Shown here piece after piece: positions 53,491 through 64,000 of a stretch of DNA of 64,000 nt. The stretch is from Cenococcum geophilum (taxonomy: Eukaryota), in assembly GCA_050273025.1 (NCBI GenBank), contig CP158635.1:26288001-26352000 (forward strand). The letters are read 5' to 3'. A program made the translations under genes and the position numbers. Numbering within the stretch: the stretch's first letter is position 1; every line of letters begins with the position of its first letter. The notes below the pieces were generated by a model. That model was given only the letters and a program-made list of their open reading frames with translations, was not told the origin of the DNA and made no database searches.

Positions 53491-55305
53491 TCAATGATCT
53501 ACTTTCTCAGGCAGCCACCTTGCTGTAGCAATACGGGTTCTCTTCCCCCAGACCATCATAGGAATGGTTAACAACGCAAAGATTCCCACGAGCATACCAA
53601 AGATGCCGAAAGGCTCTGCTGGTCCCGCTTTCTCCGACCAAGTTCCAACGAAAAATGTCCAACAGAAGGCAATTATCGCACGAAGACAAGTCACTACAAC
53701 GAAGCAATCACCGGAAATAGCGTTGTAGGCTTCAATCAGCTAGAGTGATGTTGTCAGTGCTGGCCTAAACACCGCTAAATTCAAGGCACTTACGTAGTTA
53801 AATCCAATAGATGGGGCTTGCATAAGGCCAAACGCTAGCATTCCACTTCCAAACTGCAGACCCAGCCAGGCATTTGGTGCAGGGTTCTGAGCACTAAATC
53901 CGAAAGTCCATAAACCAATTGTTGCAAGGAACAATCCTGGCAGCGCAGTCCATAGTCGAGCTTCCGGTTCGCTGAAACCATGAGCGTCATGTTTTGCCTG
54001 TGACTTTGTCGTGTGATCGGCGATAAAGTATGTATATACAGCACCTAGAGTTGTACCAACAATAGCGCCAACGTTTATGAGACCAGCACTCCTGCCCCAG
54101 AGGTAGGGAGGTTCCGAAACTAGGGTTGGGCCTAGTATAGAAATGGTGACGATACCTCCAACTAGCCCAGCGTACCATAGAGCTACGAGCCAAACGCCTG
54201 GAAGTCGAAGCGGGAGCAGCAGTGCAACGAATTTTTGAAAGACACCACTACGATAGGTGCCAACTTTCAAAGAGCGTCCGAATGTATATGCTGTGAATGA
54301 AGGTGGGGTCCCAGTTTCCTCTACTTGTGTGGTTTGGGATTTTTCGTCCGCTTCACTCGAGTCGGTAATGGTCGACGGAGGGTATCCTAATGCTCGTGCA
54401 CGGTCGAACAGGGTCTCCGGCTGGAAGAAGAAGCAGAGGGCTAGCATGAGAGCCGAAAGGATCACGTTAGTCCAATGGATCCAGACCAAGCCTCCAGAAG
54501 CCACGATATAACCTCCGCACAAGGCACCCACTAAAGAGCCCAACGCTAAAAGTACGGTGTATATAGCCTTTAAATAACCTGTCAGCCAAGAACTGTCGGA
54601 GTCAAACTGGATAACTTACCATAGCGCGACCTCTTTGGTGCACAAAATAGATCTCTCCTACTACATCAGGGCAGATAGTATCAGCAGGCCCACTGCCGAC
54701 ACCCATGAAGAACCGTGCTGCCAGCAGGCTGTTGAAGTTGTGTGTTAATCCAGCCCACATTGAGCACAATGTCAGGAGAAGAAGGCTGATTAAAACGATC
54801 GGTCTGCGGCCGAAGCTGTTTGCCAACGGAACCCACCAAAGATTCGAAGCGCCCATCATCAACACATCGACCTGCTCACCTGTTAGAAGGGCTCTAATAT
54901 CTCGTAGAACTAAGACACTTACAGCAATAAGGTGTGAGAGACTGGACATTGGCACGGGAGGGTTGAATGCTAGAGGTGTGGCCATGATTGGGAACGCGCT
55001 CGATATTGAAGCCGCAGTAAAATTGACCACGAAAGGCACAATTGACATGCATGCGAGGATAGCAAGCTTGCGCCAGCGTGCAAAGTTTAGTGGATCAGCA
55101 GGATCAGCTGAGGGCTGTGGGACAAGCCGAATTTCATCATGACTGACAGTTCTTTCAAGCCCATGGTCTAAAATTGCGATCAGAGTAAACATAAAAAGGG
55201 GCATATAAAATTTTCTTTACCAACGAGAGTAACTGTGCCAGGTGGTGTAGCATTCCTGACTTCTTCAGCCGAGAGTGAGAACGCGTGCCTGAACCCGGCC
55301 ATCAT
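53491..55305 (-). CDS. Major facilitator superfamily transporter (DHA1/HOL1-like)
   Basis: LVPQPSADPADPLNF, PLANSFGRRPI, FVHQRGRAM, PETLF and EPEARL motifs, with multiple hydrophobic helices across several exons. Confidence 0.92.
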
Positions 55306-55516
55306 GAAAGGTTGCCTGATAATTGCGAGAGGTTTCTCAAACGTTCTCTAGAGTCCATGTGGTGACGAGACCTCTTGATATGAAAGATAGCTAATCAGTG
55401 CAGGGGTTTCCATTCTAGGTTGTGCGGAGGAACCCGGGCCCGTCTTGTGGGGTCTCTGTTCCGACATCGGGAAAATATTCGCAGGCTGAAATTCATTTGA
55501 TAGGTAGCTTGAAATC

Positions 55517-58504
55517 TGTTGGTAGGGGGGGTACTTGGGCAGTCTCTTTGAGCTCAGCGACGTGTCACGTGACAGCGCGCGGGCCATCGTGTAGATATCT
55601 TCTCGGGGTCTTCAAGCCCCTGAGATTCTTCCTCATAGAGCATCATATGTATCATTCCATCAGCCTGCTTGACGATGGTACTGGAGGAGTCCTCCACATG
55701 CGTTACCTGCTTACATAAGCAGACTCCCTTTCCCGTTCGGTATCCGCGGCAACCACTTCGGTATCCGTAGTAGTCACCCCGAACCCCGTAGATATAGGCC
55801 TATATCAAGGCCTATATTCCTCATAGATAGATTCCATAGCTTCATTCATTCTTTTATCCTCAGATCCAGTTCATCACTGCTCAGTGCCCTGACAGGTTAT
55901 GAGCCCTCTTGCAGCTTCCATCAAAGCTCTATCAGCTGCTATTTTATTTAATTGATTGGTCGACACGAAGCCATAAACCCTCGAATTTGGAGCCGGCACG
56001 GTGCGACAGAAATTCATAACAAACCAATACAAATACACGCCACGCAAGATACGGGTGAGCCGATAATTGCATATCATGGCGGACACAGTACAGAAAAAGG
56101 AATACCACAGCTCTCTTGGGGCTGTTCCTGCATTGAAAGGGGAGAGCAATTACGAAGAATGGTATCGTCGAATCGTACGACGACTTGAGCTTTAAGACCT
56201 CCTACCACTGATACAAGGTACGGCTGTAGAGCCGCCAACGAATACGAACGAATGCCGAGAATGGCGACATAAACAGATAATGGGACTTGAGATAATAGAG
56301 GGAGCAGTGTCAGAATTGATTCGCGATCGTCTCGCCGCATCGGGCAAGCCGCGAGATTCCATCAAGGACCTGCTTGACTCAATTCGATCACTATACACCG
56401 CGCAAGGTCTCATTCACGACTACCAGATATGGAATTAATGGCTCGATCTTAGTCGCAAAGACTACACCTTACTTAAAGCCTACACAGAAGCTTTTATCTC
56501 GGGCATAAGGAAATTAAACGCGGCGTTAATGCCAATATTAAGGAAGCAAGCACACGCCCAACTACTTTACGCGGTAGAGGAGGAGTTTCCTATTTAGACA
56601 GCTAATCGTTAAGAAGCAGCCAGAAGAGTTACAAGGGAGGAAGACCTTATTACAATAGAGGAGCTAGTAAGCGACCTTATAGACGAGAGTCGTACTCGAC
56701 CAGCTACCTCTACCCTCGCGATGTCCTTAGTCAGCAAGAACCTATCCAAAGACAATTAACCAAAATCCAATTCAGAAGAAAAGGAACTTAAGCGCTGCTC
56801 ACATTGCAATGGCAAGCACCCTGGCGATAAAGAGAGGTATTTCTACCTTCACCCGGAGCTTTGATATCCGGCGTAAAGGCCTTATAAAAAGCATATATTA
56901 TGCATAGATCTACCCTAAAAAGGGGCGGAGACTACATCAAATTTAAATCATTAAGTCGGAATAATAGGCAGAGGCTCGGCAGAAGGCCTATTTAGTAGCA
57001 TGGCTATAGTCGATAACTTAGGCGACAGTAATTAGGACAACTAGTTCCTTAATTCCTGTTCTAATATTATAATAAGCAATAAACAAAGCCAGTTTATTAA
57101 ATATATAACTCTATTACTACCTTACAAAATAGGAATATTAGGGGGGACTATCTACTATATAATTGGCAAAGGGACGGTATATATACCCCTACTAATAGAC
57201 GACGGTAATACCTATATAGTAGCTACTAAGGCCTACTATACACCCAAATCACCCTATAAGCTCCTATTGGAGTTATCCCTTAAGAAGCGTAAGAAGCTCT
57301 ATATTAGGCCTAATAAGGAAACAGGTGGCTATACGGTTTAACAATACTCTAATAATTTAGTAGTAGGTAGAGCAACTTATAAAAACGGCTTATATATCGT
57401 TTAATAGGCTTTAAAGCCTTAATATATTGCGTACGCCTTAACAGCAAAGCGCTAAATCTCTTAACCTACTGTAAAGGAGATAGCATGGCAAACAACTGCT
57501 AATTCCCTTCTCGTAGGTAGGGAGAGCATAATACTAATAATCGCTAAGGGCGACGAAGGTTATAACGATTAAGACAATATTAATTCTAATAACAGCGGCG
57601 TCTACTAAATTAACTAACAGCTTAAGGGGGGTATGGAGACAGCGACTACTAAACTAAAGAAGGTCTCTTATACGGCAGTTACATGCTTATCTTACGCATA
57701 TATACAGCCAACCCATCTAGAGCCTCATCCGGAGCCTCATCTAAAAGCTCCGCACAAGATTAAGATACCGCGAATATTAAAGAAAGCCCTGCAGTCACTA
57801 GAGGCTCCTCGCTAGCGGCAGACACTAACTGTTAAGACGACTCAATATAAGAAGGTCAAGACGCATCGATTCGTTAAAAGACTAAAGGACCACTATGCGG
57901 ATATCAAGCTCCGCAAGGATATTAAACGGGGTAGGATTAAACTACACCATATACCGAGTATAGATCAACCAGTAGATGGCTTAACGAAAGCTCACCAAAG
58001 GACGCCTATAAGGCGATTAAAGAAGGTATCAGTGCTACTAAAGTCACCTAGGCTATTTAGGCCACCTAGGCCACCTAGGCCTGATTAGGAAATCATACTA
58101 CGACCGGCGGAACCTCGGAATTAGCGTCAATCGACTTAGTTCTAATTTTCAAAGGCTTACTAATACTACTTTTCAGCATGGGAGACGGGCGATCGAGCGT
58201 CGTCGATATTCGAAAAATTTCCATTTTTTTCCCAAGTCCATTTCTTACTACTTGTACTACCCCTACCTATTAACCACGACCTTACAGAGCATGGTATAGT
58301 CATCCTGGAGGAGTTTCCTATTCGCTAGAGCTCATAGAGCCTGGGGGGGGGGGTACTTAGGCAGTCTCTTTAAGCTTAGCGACGTGTTACGTGACAGCGC
58401 GCGGGCCATCGTGTAGATATCTTCTTGGGGTCTTCGAGCCCCTGAGATCCTTCCTCATAGAGCATTATATGTATCATTCCATCAGCCTGCTCAGTGCCCT
58501 GACA
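55517..58504 (+). mobile_element. Internally deleted non-autonomous Copia LTR element F
   Basis: TSD AAATC (55512-55516 and 58505-58509). The 5' LTR 55517-55894 (TG...CA) is followed by GGTTATGAGCCC. Gag starts at 56076 (LKGESNYEEWY). Protease remnant at ~57040, RNase H tail IKLHHIPSIDQPVDGLTKA at ~57940, poly-G PPT, and a shortened 3' LTR. Confidence 0.9.
55895..55906 (+). promoter_or_regulatory. Primer-binding site complementary to the initiator tRNA-Met anticodon stem-loop (half-tRNA priming)
   Basis: GGTTATGAGCCC immediately follows the LTR end TGACA, as in Ty5/copia-type elements. Confidence 0.85.
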
Positions 58505-58744
58505 AAATCAAATACTGTCAATTGCGTCAATTGCCTGCTAAATAGCTTGCCGTTGACGTAGTTGACGTTAACGCATTTAACGTATTTAACACGCAGCCTG
58601 CGCAATTAACAATCGACTCGACAACAACCCGACAGATTTTTTTAGTTTCCTACCTCGCTTAATTTTTCGCTTAAGCTCTAGTAAGTCTCCTAGCAACGCT
58701 ATAAAAAAAATCATATAATAATTTTTTTATAAAAAGTTTACCTA

Positions 58745-59255
58745 CACTCATTTGCACGACCAGCTTCACCCCCCATTTGGCAAGCGCTGCGAGATTTCAA
58801 ATTCGCTACGCGCATCCAATCTCGCCTGACTGCCAATAACTGTACACAGTAATTGTAGCGAACGGTTGTGGCTACACGCAAGGGCCTTTTTTGGTTGCCC
58901 TGGGGAATCGCCTTGGTTAGCTAGGAGGATCAAATTCTTTAGAAGACGTACGTTTCCTCTTCTCCCCCTTAACTGCGCCTCCGTTGTGGCCGCCAAAACG
59001 CGAATACAACGCTGTCTCTGCAACTGCCGATAAGATTTGGCAATACCGTACGGGTGGGAACCTCACGATATTTGACAAAGATCACGACACTGCGGAGGAA
59101 GGCCGATCACAAACAGCTTCGGGTTCTTGCAGCCAAGCATACGGCTTCGCTACAATTACTGTGTACAGTTGGTGCGAGATTGGATGCGCGTAGCGAATTT
59201 AAAATCTCGCAGCGCTCGCCAAAGGGGGGGGTGAAGCTGGTCGTGCAAATGAGTG
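58745..59255. mobile_element. MITE with ~120-bp imperfect TIRs and TA target duplication (Tc1/mariner-type)
   Basis: TA|CACTCATTTGCACGACCAGCTTCACCCCCC... pairs with ...GGGGGGTGAAGCTGGTCGTGCAAATGAGTG|TA. No convincing ORF inside. Confidence 0.88.
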
Positions 59256-59260
59256 TACAG

Positions 59261-59421
59261 TGGTGTTCACGGCTCGGCTGAGCGCCCGCTCAGTCGCTGA
59301 GCCGCACGTGACACATACAACCCCCGTCGACATTCGCGGATGTCCACGGCCGAGCCTGCAGCCAAGCCGTGGACATCTTCGAATGTCTTTACCCCTACTG
59401 ATCAAGTCGCTGATGCGCGCG
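59261..59421 (+). repeat. 161-bp direct repeat, left copy, upstream of the Crypton ORF
   Basis: Ungapped match to 62201-62361. Contains two palindromes. Confidence 0.9.
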
Positions 59422-59599
59422 TACTATTGGCCTATTGGCCCAGCCGTGCGCCCGTTTATTTACCCTATGCGGTAAGATCACTTATCCGGTAGGTATACTT
59501 TCTCTACCTCTCCTCCCCAGTCTATGTCTGCGTATATAGGAAAATAGGAACCCCCCCTTAGGGCGCAGCTTCTCTAGCAGCATCCTATATATCTTAAAA

Positions 59600-61860
59600 A
59601 TGCCGTTAATTAGTCGCGTAAAGATTAACGTCGCGAATAATACCAAACTACGCGCTAACGCGCAGAGTATCCTTACCCTTATGCGTTCTAAGAGATCTAA
59701 AAATATATCTCTAAATTATAAGCCAAAGCAGAAAGAGTTTAAGGTAAGTAGGTAGGTGCTTTATAGAGTAGTATACTTATAACTAACGCGCGTTTTTTTA
59801 GGCCTTTTATAAGCGGAAGTAGTACTATAACAGCAATACCGTTACGGAAGAGAAGCTACTTCTTTTCCTTATTAAGGAGGTTATAGGCCAGCTACTAAAA
59901 GTAAAAAGCCGTAAGGCTAGTAATAATGTGCCCTAAAATAAAATACGGCTCTCCTAGCGCTTAGTTTACGGCTATATTACTACCTTAATAGACCTTTACT
60001 AAATATAAAAGGGTATAAAAATAAATAGCCACTAGTCTTTACGGGAGGATAATATTAGGGGTTATCTAAAGGTTTTATAACGGAGGGATATATAGCGGAA
60101 AAAGGAGCAGTTTATAGATAAGGGTAGAGATATACTACTTAACGGATATATAGAGAATAAGTTTAAGAGTATTTACTGCGAGCTATAGGCCTATAGAGAC
60201 TCCTTATTAGAATACTACCTTTATACGCTTATAGATATCCTACTAGGCCACTATATACTTACCTATAGTGGTAATAGGCACTCCGCTAAGATTTTAAACC
60301 TATTTACCTTTAAGTTTAAAGGGGAAGGTCCTACGCGCTATATACCCCTAATATTTACTATATACGCTAGTAAGTAGAACTAGTATAGCCGCCTTAAGAC
60401 TATTAGAGCTCTATATAATAAGAAGCCGCTCGTCTATATACTTAGTAGGCTAGCTTTTTACCTCTTATACTACTAGAACCTTAGTAATAAGCCGTTTTTA
60501 AACTTTAGTAAGTAGTTAGTGTGGTATAATATCTACCTAATTAAGAGTAGCGCTAGGGACTATAGGATGGCCTTTTTATATAACTTATAGCGGGAGTAGG
60601 TTACTAAGGTATTCTAGGCCGTTAGCGTCTTCTTATAAAAGAAGACCTATATTAGGTAAAGCGCTAGCGCTAAAACAGCGGAGCTAAAAGGGGTTAATAA
60701 AAACTAGATTAAATATACTAGTAGGTAAAACTAAGAGTAGATAGTTAGCTATTACTTAAACTTACTACTATAGGAGTTTATATAGATAATAGCTGGCTAT
60801 TTACTATAAATAGGCTACTTTAAGATTTGTAGGGTAAGCGTTACCCCCCCTAATATACTACTGTTAATAATCTAGCCAAAGCTAAATATTTAGAAGGGTT
60901 AGTTTAGCCCTTAGGTTAGCTAGGTTAATAACCTTATAGCTATAGGCGCTATAAACCTCCTATTTTATCTCTAGAAGGTTATCCTATAAAACTTAGTAGT
61001 CCTCCGTAAGATATTCCTAAGTAGCCCTATATAAAACTACCTAGTCTTTTAGTATAAAGCCTATCTACCCTTTATACGGAAGGTTAAAGCCTACCTATAG
61101 TAGGAGAAAGAAGGCCCTAGCTAGCTATTAATACTTTACTAAGCTATACTAACTATTATAAACTACCTAAAAACTATAGACGCCCAAGTATATAAGCTAT
61201 AGGTGTTATTTAACCGTATAGCTAAGTCCTAATAGGCGTAGTTTTTATAGCTTTAATTGCTTATATCTAGCAGCCTTACCTTTTAGCTTAAGGTTTCTTT
61301 AGTATTTATATATTTACGTTTAATAGTATACTTACTAACAGCACATTTACCAACGGCATATTTATTAGCGCTTTTATCTATTATAAAATTAAGCTAGAAT
61401 ATATTAGCCTAGGTAAGCGCTATAGCTTCCCCTTTACTAGCGCCGCCGTAGCTATAGCTATAGCTATAGCCGCAGTAAGGGCCTAAGCCTAAGTAGCCGC
61501 CTAAGTAGCCGCCTATATATTATATATGCCGTACAGTAAAGTCCGTATAGGCCCTTTAGCGCGAGTAGACTAAAGGGCTTAGAGGTTATCCTTTTATAAT
61601 AGCGCTAGATTCTAAATAGAGTAGTAAATAGTAGGCTAGCTAGTAAAACGAGCTCTAATAATACTCCCTACGGCTTAAGGTTATTAAGGAGATTAGGCGG
61701 GTTACGTAGGCCTAAAGGGTTAGTAAGAAAGCGGCTATATAGTAGGTTAATTAATAATAGGAGCGGATATAGTACTTACTAAATTAGCTTTATAAATAGC
61801 TTTAAGCGGGTAAAAAAGCTTTAAAATAGTATATATATCTAACTTTTAAGAAGTCCTCTT
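59600..61860 (+). mobile_element. Crypton (CryptonF-like) tyrosine-recombinase gene with NDC10-like and GCR1_C domains, RIP-degraded
   Basis: Intron at 59744-59801. RIP-reversed motifs: TVTEEKLLLFL, DKGRDTLLDGY, EGEGPTRC.PL, GKQNQ.GR, KKT(H)I(GR)SA(G)AKTAELKGV, (G)R(W)NQEQMVGCYL, and a C-terminal LWREWTEGL...W GCR1-like block. Confidence 0.85.
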
Positions 61861-62200
61861 AAAGCCTTTATTTATAGCCCCTTAGGGGCTTATTTTAGTG
61901 TGGTATAAGTTTAGTAGGGTATTTATATAATAGCGGCGCCTAATTTAAAACGTAAATATCTCTATTAACCTATAGCTAATTCTTACTATCCTAGTGCGAG
62001 CAGAGAGCCCTCGGACAGCTCTATGCATACTATTTAATAGGTATTAAAAGCGCAATATTGCTGCGGCGTTGCTAGCGATTAAAGATCGACTGTAGATATA
62101 GGGTAATATCTATATAGCGCTAAGCGCACGGGCCTCCTACTTACTAAATTGTAACTTAGCGGCTAATTTAGCTATATAAATTAAACCGTAGATATACTAT

Positions 62201-62361
62201 TAGTGTTTAAGGCTTAGCTAAGCGCTTACTTAGTTACTAAGCCGTATATAACATATATAACCCCTATTAATATTCGCGGATATCTACGGCCAAGCCTACA
62301 GCCAAGCCGTGGACAGCTTTAAATGTCTTTACCCTTACTAATTAAGTCGCTAATACGCGCG
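62201..62361 (+). repeat. 161-bp direct repeat, right copy (RIP-mutated)
   Basis: Differs from 59261-59421 almost only by C>T and G>A changes. Confidence 0.9.
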
Positions 62362-62518
62362 CAGTATGTCTAACAGTTAGCTTAGCTGCGAGCTTAAGAA
62401 AAATAGCTGACTGACTGCGTCAATTGGATCGCTTACTGTCCGCTAACTGTTGGATAACGTACGCTAACTATAAAGCTATCAGCTAGCTGTCCCAATTAGG
62501 AAATTTGTATAGACTTTA

Positions 62519-64000
62519 TAGTGTTTCATTTTAGATTTTTGGCAGCACCTCTCTATATACAAATATTAACATTGCCTAATTAAAATTTAGCCCTAATTTA
62601 CCTAATATAGTATCTAAATATAGCTAAATTCGTCCCGCGCCCGTAGAGGCTTAAAAGGTAGGTAGAATAGTTAGTAGTAAGGACTCCGGAGGCTCTATTT
62701 CTATATTAGATTTAATTAAATATAAAGCTCTATTAAGTCTACCTTACTAAGCTAGCTTTTCTGCCTCTGTAGTTGGCTTATAGCTAGTAAGATTAATATT
62801 TAAGCTCGTTAACTAGGGTGTAGTTAAAGCTCTATTTAAGTTAATACAGTCAATTAAACTGCTTAATAAAAGGCCTTTAATTAACCACTACTTCTGACAT
62901 TGGTTTGCTTTAATCGTATTAGCTAAAAGTCTATTGCGCTTATTAGTAATAATCTTTTTAGCTTAACTAAAGGCTTATTTATATGTGAAGCTTATCGCTA
63001 GTATAGAGAATATATTAAGAGCAATCTTAGCAAGTATTGGATAAAGGATTTGACTAATTTTAAGCCACTAGTTAAGAGGATTAGAAACAACATTATTCTG
63101 CTTATTACCATCTTCGGAACAGATCTTAATAAACTTAAGGCCTATATTATAGTAGCGGTTAAGCTTACTGGCGAGCTTAATACGCTTTTAATTGCGCTTT
63201 AAGGAAGTAAGGCTCTTATCTACGACTAAGGACTGTGCATATTTATTAGTTAAATCATTGTTAGATTTATAAGGAACCTTCCTGCGTTATAGCTTAACTA
63301 GTTCCTTATCTTCCTCATCTACTTGCTTATTAATATAGTTATTAAATAAAGTCTCTATACACCGCTTGGCGTACTTCCACCACTAGGGCCACCGTTTCCA
63401 CTTATCGCGAAAGTAGGCGCGTTTAAGAGACGGATAAAGGATTACTGCGGCAAAGTAGTAAGGGCTTTCGGCCTTTATTTTATTAAAATATTTATTAATC
63501 TTTTTAATAGCTATATTAATACCTAATTTAAGGAAGGAGTTGCATTCGTTTTTAAGGCTTAGCTAAGTTCGCTAGAGGATTTAATAGAGGAGCTCTATAT
63601 TAGTAATTAACTCCTATAGAGCGCCATATAAGCCTTTAATACTAGGACTATTAGCGTTACCTTCTATACGCTTAGTAGCTAATATAAAAGGCTTTAGGAT
63701 CTTAATAAGCTGCTCTACCTACTGCTAATCTTTATTAGTAAGCGCGTCCTAAGATAGATTGTAGTTATTATTAGCGGGCTTCCTTTAAGCTAGTAGATAT
63801 TTATTAATCGCTTTATAAAGAAGTAATATACGGTAAAGTATAAAGTAGGTTAAATTCTACCAAACGCCTCCGTCCTTAATAAGCAGAAGCTCTACTTAAT
63901 TAAAAAGATCGTCCTTAATACAGGCCTTACTCTAGTTCTTAGCAAAGTCCTTACAGCGTCCTATTAATCGCATAATATATTTAACGATATTATAAATCTT
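62519..64000 (-). mobile_element. hAT-family DNA transposon, 3' part, RIP-degraded, runs off the window
   Basis: Dimerisation domain on the minus strand near 62890-63070: (W)WLK...YPILAKIAL(D)IFSI(P)A(M)S...AFS.AKKIIT..RNRL...TI(E)ANQCQKW. Putative TIR (C>T)AGTGTTTCATT at 62519. Confidence 0.82.

Noticed and set aside
58766..59475. ORFs overlapping the MITE, two sharing the peptide ARLDARSEF
   Set aside because: The shared peptide simply reflects the terminal inverted repeats read on opposite strands. There is no coding evidence.
48521..64000. Idea that the three-gene island is cargo of a Starship-type giant element
   Set aside because: The recombinase here is Crypton/NDC10-GCR1-like rather than a recognisable DUF3435 captain, it has its own local repeats, and no boundaries enclosing the genes are visible.

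Overview
Eukaryotic DNA from a filamentous ascomycete, judged from short GT-AG introns with CTRAC-type branch sites and from heavy repeat-induced point mutation (RIP). The window has four parts. (1) A gene-rich block at about 1-13.6 kb: a secreted bilirubin-oxidase-like multicopper oxidase, a FAM32A/DUF1754 gene, RVS167, NFS1 and VPS23, plus two decayed pseudogenes (Hva1-TUDOR-like and DsbA/FrnE-like). (2) A 34-kb AT-rich RIP-degraded transposon nest at about 13.9-48.1 kb: a Copia element carrying a full-length chromodomain Gypsy and an ORF1-only LINE-like insert, and a second copy of that Gypsy carrying two GalEa-like Copia elements and inserted into a pogo/Fot1 transposon. (3) A three-gene island at 48.5-55.3 kb: LigB/DODA-type dioxygenase, C2H2+Zn2Cys6 transcription factor and MFS transporter. 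(4) A second transposon block at 55.5-64 kb: non-autonomous Copia, MITE, Crypton tyrosine-recombinase element and hAT. The most notable observations are an apparently spliced antisense Zn2Cys6-like plus coiled-coil gene in both Gypsy copies, a Crypton ORF flanked by 161-bp direct repeats that contain palindromes, and a 'half-LINE' with only ORF1. Transposon proteins were read by manually reversing RIP changes, so those translations are partly inferred. No database searches were run.
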